Source of the DNA: a virus
Reading direction: 5' to 3' (one strand)
DNA: 43,253 nucleotides
Virus record (IMG/VR): IMGVR_UViG_3300028831_000428
Span: 1 to 43,253 of that record
The position numbers and the translations under genes are program-made. Below the pieces are notes generated by a model, which did not search any database, was not told where the DNA came from, and saw nothing but the letters and a program-made list of their open reading frames with translations. Of this stretch, positions 9,286-15,542 are shown piece by piece (position 1 is the first letter of the stretch; every line of letters starts with the position of its first letter).

Positions 9286-10850
9286 TATTCTTCCTTAGCG
9301 TCCTCAAAAACGATGAGAGTATCCGTAGTCAGCATATCTGTGGCGCTGGCGGTGGCGTTTTTGATGATTTGCTGGACAACGAGGGCGGGGTCGATGATGC
9401 CCGTCTTGACCATATCAACTAGCTCGCCTTTGCCTCTGAGGTTAAAGCCGTGACCGGTGGGAGCTTTCATGGCTTCGTCTAGTTTTAGCTCTGCTGGCAG
9501 ATTGGCGTTAAGCAGGAGCTGCTTGAAGGTGTCACGAAGTGCCTCGCTGTAGGGAGAGCTGATGTCTAACTTGCTAAGCTCGAGCAGAGCAATGCCACCG
9601 CCTGGGACAATACCGGAGGTGTAGGCCGCACGGGTGGCATGGATAGCATCTTCGACCCGGAACTCGACTTCCTCTTTGACACTATCTGTGGCACCGCCGA
9701 TACGAAAGAGGGCGATCTTGCCTTCGAGCTTGGCGACACGGTCTTTCATCTTCTCGGCAACAGCATCTGATACCTCTGTTTCGATTTGGTCACGGATTTC
9801 TTGGATACGTGTTTTTACGGCTTCTGTGTCATTATTGGCAAATAGAGTAGATTCATTCTTGTTAGCCACGACTTTATCCACAGACCCTACACAGGATGTA
9901 TCAAATTCTCGAAGGTTTGATCCCTCTGTCAGTGGGTTACATTGTGCATAAATGGCAATGTCTTCGAGCAGGTATTTGCCCATCTCGCCAAACATAGCGG
10001 GGGTCTTTAGGATAACTGCATCAACTTTACCCTGATTGATGAAGTTAACTGCTGTCATATAGGCTGCTTCCTCTATATTGCCGATCAGGAGGAAACGAGG
10101 AATACCATCAGTCTGGGGGTTGAATTTGCGGGCTTGCAGGGCTTTGGTCAAGACGTCAGCGATGTCAGCAGCAGAGGTAAGGCGACGAATGGAGACGATA
10201 ACGAAGGGATCGATCAGCTCTTTCTTGCCAGCCTGGAGCGCTTGAAAGCCGGTTTGTAGGTAGTAACCATCGACATACTCGCGCTCGATGTCGTCGACCG
10301 GAGCTTTCTCAGTAATGATCCCGCCTTCGGCACCGACCCGCAGGACTGCATCAGCGATTAGCTCACCGAGCAGGGGATCGCCGGATGAGATAGTGGCGAC
10401 TTCTTTGAGTTGGCTGTCTTTGACCTTTTTGGTCATTGTGTCAAGCTTATCGAGGACTTTGTAGCTGTCCTGAAGGAACTGCTGTTTGACTTCCATTGGG
10501 TGCATACCGGCAGCGATGGCTAGTGTGCCACGTTGCATGAGGTGATAGGCAAGCGCGACCGTGGCTGTCGTGCCATCACCAGCAATGCGGTTAGTTGTTT
10601 CAGAGGCTTCAAGGACACGCTGGGTGCCCATGTTCTTTGGACGGTCAGATAGGTAAGTGTCACGGGCAACTGAGACACCATCGCGGGTAGTCAGGGGACG
10701 GCCAAAGGGCTTTTCAATCATAACATTACGGCCGCGTGGTCCGTAGGTCGAGGTAACAGCGTCGTAGACGAATCGGGCACCGGCTAGCAGCTCGGCGCGT
10801 GCTTGGTCGCCTTTAATGACGATTCTGTGGTCTTTTTTTGCTTGGGCCAT
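9285..10850 (-). CDS. groEL: Chaperonin GroEL (Cpn60), full length
   Basis: Motifs YGPRGRNV, DGTTTATV-like DGTTATVA, AVILKTPAMFGEMGKYLLEDIA (compare AVKAPGFGDRRKAMLQDIA) and GGGIALL. ATG at 10850 behind AAGGAG; the track start 10865 is an upstream TTG. Confidence 0.9.
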   Translation of the reverse strand: MAQAKKDHRIVIKGDQARAELLAGARFVYDAVTSTYGPRGRNVMIEKPFGRPLTTRDGVSVARDTYLSDRPKNMGTQRVLEASETTNRIAGDGTTATVALAYHLMQRGTLAIAAGMHPMEVKQQFLQDSYKVLDKLDTMTKKVKDSQLKEVATISSGDPLLGELIADAVLRVGAEGGIITEKAPVDDIEREYVDGYYLQTGFQALQAGKKELIDPFVIVSIRRLTSAADIADVLTKALQARKFNPQTDGIPRFLLIGNIEEAAYMTAVNFINQGKVDAVILKTPAMFGEMGKYLLEDIAIYAQCNPLTEGSNLREFDTSCVGSVDKVVANKNESTLFANNDTEAVKTRIQEIRDQIETEVSDAVAEKMKDRVAKLEGKIALFRIGGATDSVKEEVEFRVEDAIHATRAAYTSGIVPGGGIALLELSKLDISSPYSEALRDTFKQLLLNANLPAELKLDEAMKAPTGHGFNLRGKGELVDMVKTGIIDPALVVQQIIKNATASATDMLTTDTLIVFEDAKEE

Positions 10851-10851
10851 A

Positions 10852-11016
10852 CTACTCCTTGTCAACTTTCTTATCTAATTCGTGTCTGATTGTCTCCAGG
10901 ACATTTAGATGACCAGCTAGGCCTTGCATCTCATCGGACGGTACGTCGCTCTTCATTATCTCCACCTTTAGGGCGCCGATCAGCTCGTCTAGGGTCAAGC
11001 CGATGGGTATGATCAT
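10852..11016 (-). CDS. 54-aa ORF between the co-chaperonin-like gene and groEL
   Basis: Not in the ORF track (<60 aa). ATGA overlap with the upstream stop; its TAG lies 1 nt before the groEL ATG. Confidence 0.45.
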   Translation of the reverse strand: MIIPIGLTLDELIGALKVEIMKSDVPSDEMQGLAGHLNVLETIRHELDKKVDKE

Positions 11017-11393
11017 ACTGAAAAACTCCCTGCTCCATCGCTGTGGATGTTATGTGCTGTGCTGTCTGCGTCGTCTTCGGCGATTAAAGAGGTCAATTTG
11101 ACAAAGGCAAATCGCTCGCCGTCTTTCTCGATGATGTTGCCCTTTTCAGATAGAGCGGTCCAATAGACGCGGCGGCCGATCTTTGATTCCCAATCTTTGT
11201 ATAATTCATCGAGTTTGTCACGTTCCATGAAGCTATTCTCGAAGGCAAAGCTCCACATGCCAAAGTAGTTGAACTTGGCAGGCAGAGCAACTAGTATTCC
11301 GCTTTCTGCAGTGTTCTTCTCGTCCGAACCAAAGCCGAATTCGTCTGTATCGAGTTTTATTTTTGCTAGATCATTCAATGGTGCTAGTTCCAC
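11013..11393 (-). CDS. GroES/gp31-like co-chaperonin candidate (divergent, 126 aa)
   Basis: Lies directly upstream of groEL. N-terminus LAPLNDLAKIKL, then ...TAESGILVALP, resembling the GroES mobile-loop region (TAGGIVLP). GTG start behind AGGAGGG. Confidence 0.5.
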   Translation of the reverse strand: MELAPLNDLAKIKLDTDEFGFGSDEKNTAESGILVALPAKFNYFGMWSFAFENSFMERDKLDELYKDWESKIGRRVYWTALSEKGNIIEKDGERFAFVKLTSLIAEDDADSTAHNIHSDGAGSFSV

Positions 11394-11413
11394 CGTACCC
11401 TCCTATAAGGCAC

Positions 11414-11452
11414 AAAGGCTGTCCTTAGCCGTGGAGTCTAAGGACAGCCTTT
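11414..11452 (-). promoter_or_regulatory. 15-bp perfect hairpin in the 5' leader of the chaperonin operon
   Basis: AAAGGCTGTCCTTAG (11414-11428) pairs with CTAAGGACAGCCTTT (11438-11452). The loop is 9 nt. Confidence 0.6.
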
Positions 11453-11480
11453 ATAATTTATACTCCACGGAAACATCTAT

Positions 11481-11510
11481 ACGTTAGCACAAACAGAACA
11501 AAAATAGAAC
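11481..11510 (-). promoter_or_regulatory. 30-nt promoter/operator block, minus orientation, facing the GroES/GroEL operon
   Basis: The reverse complement reads GTTCTATTTTTGTTCTGTTTGTGCTAACGT, matching the block at 38490-38519 at 26 of 30 positions. Confidence 0.5.
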
Positions 11511-11522
11511 ATCTGATTGACG

Positions 11523-11571
11523 TGATATAATAAACCTAACAGCGGAATTCCCCTATCACAGGGGAATTTTT
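11523..11571 (+). promoter_or_regulatory. Late promoter plus leader hairpin module, copy B
   Basis: TGATATAAT (-10 at 11526-11531), then 6 nt, then AACAGCGG (11538-11545). Stem AATTCCCC (11546-11553) / GGGGAATT (11561-11568), then TTT and ATG at 11573. Confidence 0.6.
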
Positions 11572-11572
11572 G

Positions 11573-11698
11573 ATGTCTACAACCAAACGCAAAAAAGAAA
11601 CACGCACAAACCCAGAAACTGGTCTAAAAGAGGAGCGCTATGAGGGCGATACATTCTGGGTGGCAACTATTAGCGCTACGGGTGGCTATCATGACTAA
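11573..11698 (+). CDS. Small basic protein (41 aa)
   Basis: The ATG sits where copy G has its ATG (shared GATGTCTACAA). Its stop overlaps the next ATG (ATGACTAA). Not in the track (<60 aa). Confidence 0.45.
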   Translation: MSTTKRKKETRTNPETGLKEERYEGDTFWVATISATGGYHD

Positions 11699-12002
11699 AG
11701 TAGCTGGCAAAGTAACCTTTGGTTCGACTGGCACGAAGGTAGTGAGCATTGGTATTGCGGCCAATGATATTTACTTCTTTCCAGATGGGACGGCAGCAAC
11801 TGGCTATGCTGACCATTCGTACCAATTTAGCCGTACACCGGGTGCGACGACTGATCGGACTAAAGCGGTGGTAGCGTATGATCCGGCCACAGGCACAAAG
11901 GTGCTGGAACTCAGCGTGACGGCCTGGGGACCGACATCATTTACATGTAACGTAACAGTGGCTAGTGCAAGTTGGCCGTTCGATCTGGTTGCATCCACAT
12001 GA
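11691..12002 (+). CDS. Hypothetical protein (alternative start 11640)
   Basis: The ORF track gives 11640-12002. ATG 11691 is coupled to the 41-aa ORF; ATG 11640 has GAGGAG 4 nt upstream. Start unresolved. Confidence 0.6.
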   Translation: MTKVAGKVTFGSTGTKVVSIGIAANDIYFFPDGTAATGYADHSYQFSRTPGATTDRTKAVVAYDPATGTKVLELSVTAWGPTSFTCNVTVASASWPFDLVAST

Positions 12003-12466
12003 GAGGCGACTGGAAGCTGCTGGCCGCAGTCCTAATCTTGATAGGGCTAGTGGTGTGGCTTCTGGTATTAACAATGGACCGAGATAGAGAGATTGAAAAA
12101 GTGAACCAAGCCATTCAGAAGTTACAGGCCGTAAAAACTCCCACCGTAATTAACGGTGTTAATGGCATTACCCCTGTGAAGGGGATTGATTACTTTGACG
12201 GGGCGAAGGGAGACAAAGGCGATACTGTTGTGGGACCAAAAGGTGATCAGGGTGGTCCTGGAGCGAGTGCCTACGACATTGCAGTTGTTAATGGGTTCAA
12301 GGGTACTGAGCAGCAATGGCTGGCCTCACTGAAAGTCAAAGGTGATAAGGGCGATCCGGCACCCGAGCTAGTGATTGATTGTGCTAACAATCTACTGGTT
12401 AAGAAGTATAACGGCGACAGCTTTTGGCAGCCGACGAATATAAAGTGCGAGACGGTGCATGAGTGA
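11999..12466 (+). CDS. Membrane-anchored collagen-like (G-X-Y) repeat protein
   Basis: ATGA overlap at 11999. TM stretch LLAAVLILIGLVVWLLVL, then GAKGDKGDTVVGPKGDQGGPG, then SAYDIAVVNGFKGTEQQWLASLKVKGDKGD. Confidence 0.7.
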   Translation: MRGDWKLLAAVLILIGLVVWLLVLTMDRDREIEKVNQAIQKLQAVKTPTVINGVNGITPVKGIDYFDGAKGDKGDTVVGPKGDQGGPGASAYDIAVVNGFKGTEQQWLASLKVKGDKGDPAPELVIDCANNLLVKKYNGDSFWQPTNIKCETVHE

Positions 12467-12875
12467 TATTGATCGTATGGTTGCGAATATTAGACCAAAG
12501 CTGCGGCATATCGCGCCACAGACATTTTGGTTCTCGGTTGGGTTTGGCGTCTTCAATGCAATCATTGGGTGGTCTCTTTATAACCTTACTATACTGGTGA
12601 ATCTGCGGCTGGTAGGGATTGTTCCGATAAGATGGTGGGCAGCTATATTTTTTGTGCATGGTCTATCGATGTTGGTATCATTAGCAATTAATAATTGGAA
12701 GATGACACGTGCGCTCCATTTTGTGGGCGTGCTTATCAAGAGTGCTTGGTGGCTGGAATTATTCGCCGCAACGATCGTTGGCCGCACTGCGTTTTTGCTA
12801 TATATCTGGAGTCTGCTGCTGTTCCTTCAGATTGTTGTTTGTATCTATTTCACGCCGAGGGTGAATCGTGATTAG
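12459..12875 (+). CDS. Integral membrane protein (about 4 TM segments)
   Basis: 138 aa with several hydrophobic stretches. Overlaps the upstream stop. Confidence 0.65.
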   Translation: MSDIDRMVANIRPKLRHIAPQTFWFSVGFGVFNAIIGWSLYNLTILVNLRLVGIVPIRWWAAIFFVHGLSMLVSLAINNWKMTRALHFVGVLIKSAWWLELFAATIVGRTAFLLYIWSLLLFLQIVVCIYFTPRVNRD

Positions 12876-13116
12876 CGATGGTGTACTGTCGACCATCATA
12901 TCGGCGATTGGAGCGATTATGGTCGTTTATATTACTTATCGCCTTAAAAATATGCGGCCGAAGTCAGAGAGAATTGATACGGCGTTCGATATTCTGGAGT
13001 CAACTGTCAGAAACTTGGATAAAGATAATCAAAGATTACGGGAGGAGAACACCTTATTGAGAGGACAGCTGGAAGCGAAGCAACATGATATTGATCTGCT
13101 GAGAGGCAGATTATAA
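12868..13116 (+). CDS. TM plus coiled-coil protein (lysis accessory?)
   Basis: 82 aa, GTG start. N-terminal hydrophobic helix followed by LREENTLLRGQLEAKQHDIDLLRGRL. Confidence 0.6.
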   Translation: MISDGVLSTIISAIGAIMVVYITYRLKNMRPKSERIDTAFDILESTVRNLDKDNQRLREENTLLRGQLEAKQHDIDLLRGRL

Positions 13117-13131
13117 ATAAAGGAGAACAAT

Positions 13132-13794
13132 ATGGCACAAAGACCATTCATAGGACCAGTTGATATTACACAGGAGTATGGCAATCCAGATCCTACTGCT
13201 CGTCGTGGCTACCATACCGGAGTCGACTATGGCATGAACACGGGATCACCGATTATCGCCCCGGAATCAGGCCGAGTAGAGAGCGGTGACGGGCGCGCGC
13301 CGAGCGATGGACGTGGCTTTTACGTCATTGTCTATGGTGACAGTGGCACGGCGCACTGTCTGTACCACCTAAGCCAAATTGGTGTTGCCGGTGGACGCGT
13401 TAGTGAAGGCGAGCAAGTCGGCTTGTCAGGAGCCACAGGGCGGGCTACGGGACCGCATTTGCACTGGGAGACACGCCGGGCACCATTTGATGGGTACAGT
13501 GACTATGCGCCAGCAACGTGGTTGTTTGGTAACAAGCAAACCCCAGCGCCTGCACCAGCCCCATCATCATCGCAGATTGTTTACTTGCCTGCTGTCCCGC
13601 AGTGGCGTCTATACAATGAAGGTGGACCATACACCATCGGTACCGAGAAGGCATTGTTGGCACCTGCTAAATTTGGTGGACTGAGCTATCAGGTTTTGGG
13701 TACGCCAGTTCCTAATGTGGTGGTTATCCAGACCCAGATGTTTGGACGGGGAGCAATTTATGTTGGTCCTGGTACGGGTGCAGTAATAAAGTAA
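13132..13794 (+). CDS. M23 (LytM-type) peptidoglycan endopeptidase, probable endolysin
   Basis: HxxxD motif (YHTGVDY) and HxH motif (GPHLHWE). SD AAAGGAG upstream. Confidence 0.85.
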   Translation: MAQRPFIGPVDITQEYGNPDPTARRGYHTGVDYGMNTGSPIIAPESGRVESGDGRAPSDGRGFYVIVYGDSGTAHCLYHLSQIGVAGGRVSEGEQVGLSGATGRATGPHLHWETRRAPFDGYSDYAPATWLFGNKQTPAPAPAPSSSQIVYLPAVPQWRLYNEGGPYTIGTEKALLAPAKFGGLSYQVLGTPVPNVVVIQTQMFGRGAIYVGPGTGAVIK

Positions 13795-13803
13795 GGAGTA
13801 AAT

Positions 13804-13998
13804 ATGGACATTTTCACAAATCCACAAAAGTATACAAAGTTCTATGTGGCTCTCATGGCAGCGCTAGGCGTGCTAGTAGTCGCCTGCTCGCCGACAGATA
13901 AAGAGGCGGCATTTGTCGTCACATCAACAGAATGGTACCAGGTGTTGTTTGCCTTCGCGGGCGCTCTTGGTGTTGTGTCATTTCCGAATAAAGACTAG
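13804..13998 (+). CDS. Holin-like small membrane protein (2 TM)
   Basis: 64 aa directly after the endolysin with SD TAAGGAG. Two hydrophobic helices. Confidence 0.55.
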   Translation: MDIFTNPQKYTKFYVALMAALGVLVVACSPTDKEAAFVVTSTEWYQVLFAFAGALGVVSFPNKD

Positions 13999-14006
13999 GA
14001 GGAGTT

Positions 14007-14150
14007 ATGATTTGGACGTTAGTATGCATTGTATTTATTCTGTGGCTGTTGGGTTTGATCACTCATCTGGGTGGTGACTTGATCCACATCCTGCTCGTGC
14101 TGGCATTGATCGGCGTAGTATATAACCTGTTCGTTGAAAGGGGACGTTAA
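14007..14150 (+). CDS. 47-aa membrane protein resembling the lmo0937-type small membrane protein family
   Basis: Not in the track. SD AGGAGG. Sequence MIWTLVCIVFILWLLGLITHLGGDLIHILLVLALIGVVYNLFVERGR; the family assignment is from memory. Confidence 0.5.
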   Translation: MIWTLVCIVFILWLLGLITHLGGDLIHILLVLALIGVVYNLFVERGR

Positions 14151-14154
14151 CGAT

Positions 14155-14358
14155 ATGTTGCTAAAATTGCTATTCTCGTTGGGTGTTTGGATCATTGTGT
14201 CAGTCGTACTCTATCTAATAGGCGGTCTAATGCTGACCATTGTTCAGCCCCCAGTTACCCAGATCGGTGCGTTCCTCAAGGACAATTCACTATTGATTGG
14301 ATTTGTGGCCGCTGTGGTCTATCTCATTTGGGGCTATCGGCCTGTTGCACCCCGATAG
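14155..14358 (+). CDS. Small membrane protein (2 TM)
   Basis: ATG 14155 inside the track ORF 14134-14358. Hydrophobic throughout. Confidence 0.55.
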   Translation: MLLKLLFSLGVWIIVSVVLYLIGGLMLTIVQPPVTQIGAFLKDNSLLIGFVAAVVYLIWGYRPVAPR

Positions 14359-14396
14359 AATGTCTGCTACAATGTAGGCAGTGACTTACTAGATCT

Positions 14397-14424
14397 CACG
14401 CTCTGGCGCCCGGAGCGTGTTTTC
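14397..14424 (+). terminator. Intrinsic terminator after the lysis cassette
   Basis: CACGCTC (14397-14403) pairs with GAGCGTG (14413-14419), followed by TTTTC. Confidence 0.6.
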
Positions 14425-14459
14425 TAGTTTAACTAGCCTCAACTAACGGAGGTTAGACT

Positions 14460-14783
14460 ATGGGGAAGGAAAGGTTTGTCAAGTTTCGTCTTGACCTTCT
14501 TTCGGTACTCGATGACTATCATCCTGCCGTTGTCATCTATGGATATCTGGTTTTGTGCAACTCAAACCGATATGTACCGAAGGACGAGGAGGGATACTTT
14601 GAATTATCCAGTGCCAAGCTCTTTGATGAGCTGCGTTATAGGCGCGCTACTCAGGACAGAGCACGAAGATTACTCAGAGAGTGTGGGCTGATCGTATGCA
14701 GAATTGGCGATGGCAGGTCGCCAACAACTAAATATAAAGTATTGGAGAAGAGAAATGCCCGAGGTGACACAAAAACAATATGA
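14460..14783 (+). CDS. Winged-helix-type DNA-binding protein (replication organiser or regulator-like)
   Basis: 107 aa with SD ACGGAGG. The pattern VIYGYLVL...FELSSAKLFDEL...RARRLLRECGLI resembles wHTH N-domains of phage replication organisers (from memory). Confidence 0.45.
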   Translation: MGKERFVKFRLDLLSVLDDYHPAVVIYGYLVLCNSNRYVPKDEEGYFELSSAKLFDELRYRRATQDRARRLLRECGLIVCRIGDGRSPTTKYKVLEKRNARGDTKTI

Positions 14784-15204
14784 ACAACTCTGTAAACAAG
14801 CTACTCGTCAGAAGACGTTGGCACTGGTGCGTGCAGGGAAGATAATGAAGCGACCATGCGTTATCTGTGGCGAGATGAATGTGCAGGCACACCATATTGA
14901 CTACGGAGATGCCTACACAGTCTCTTGGGTGTGCCGTGATCACCATGTTGAGTACCACGATAGCATAAAGTATGTTTACGAGTTCACGCCTGATTATATG
15001 CTGGACGTTCATGCCAGAGTACTAGAGTACCTGCGGGCAAGACCCGATTTTGGCTCACTCGAAGAAGTGGCTGTGGGATGTGCGGTACCGAGTATGGACG
15101 CACTATATACAATAATAGCTCGGCTTGTGGGAAGACACTATGCGAGATTCCCAACCGAACTCGAGTATACCTTATTCTCAGGGGCTGGGAGATTAGGTGA
15201 GTAA
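14755..15204 (+). CDS. HNH-type zinc-finger nuclease-like protein
   Basis: Motif CVICGEMNVQAHHIDYGDAYTVSWVCRDHHVEYH. ATG 14755 lies behind GGAGAAG; the track starts at 14704. Confidence 0.55.
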   Translation: MPEVTQKQYEQLCKQATRQKTLALVRAGKIMKRPCVICGEMNVQAHHIDYGDAYTVSWVCRDHHVEYHDSIKYVYEFTPDYMLDVHARVLEYLRARPDFGSLEEVAVGCAVPSMDALYTIIARLVGRHYARFPTELEYTLFSGAGRLGE

Positions 15205-15207
15205 GCC

Positions 15208-15239
15208 TGTGTATAACCTGTGCATAACTATGTGGATTA
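15208..15239 (+). promoter_or_regulatory. Three phased DnaA-box-like 9-mers
   Basis: TGTGTATAA (15208-15216), TGTGCATAA (15219-15227) and TGTGGATTA (15231-15239), compared with TGTGGATAA, the complement of TTATCCACA. Confidence 0.5.
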
Positions 15240-15291
15240 CCGTATTTACGTTGTTGAGAAACAGCATGTCAATATGTTTTTTTCCAACAGG

Positions 15292-15358
15292 TCCTATATA
15301 TAGGAACGCGCGGTAGATATTTTCTAGATATTACCTAGTAATAAATATCTACCTAGTA
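15292..15358. repeat. Palindrome and iteron-like repeats in the AT-rich intergenic region
   Basis: TCCTATATATAGGA (15292-15305). GGTAGATATT (15312-15321) is inverted at AATATCTACC (15344-15353). TACCTAGTA occurs twice (15332-15340, 15350-15358). Confidence 0.7.
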
Positions 15359-15453
15359 CGTATAGTAGGGGAAACATTAATAAAATGTTAAATAGAATTG
15401 TCAACTGTACGCACTACACACAATCATATCAATTAATAACCGTAAGCACCATG

Positions 15454-15495
15454 CTAGTAATTAAAAATTAAAAGATTTAAAGTTTTAATTACTAG
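15454..15495. repeat. 13-bp perfect inverted repeat upstream of int
   Basis: CTAGTAATTAAAA (15454-15466) and TTTTAATTACTAG (15483-15495), with a 16-nt AT-rich spacer. Confidence 0.8.
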
Positions 15496-15542
15496 CTAGT
15501 GGGACAGAAATTGGGGGGCAAAGAAAGAGGGTTCTGATAATC

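Noticed and set aside
11517-11531. TTGACG as the -35 of late promoter B
   Set aside because: It lies only 3 nt from the TATAAT. The TG at -15/-14 (an extended -10) explains the promoter better.
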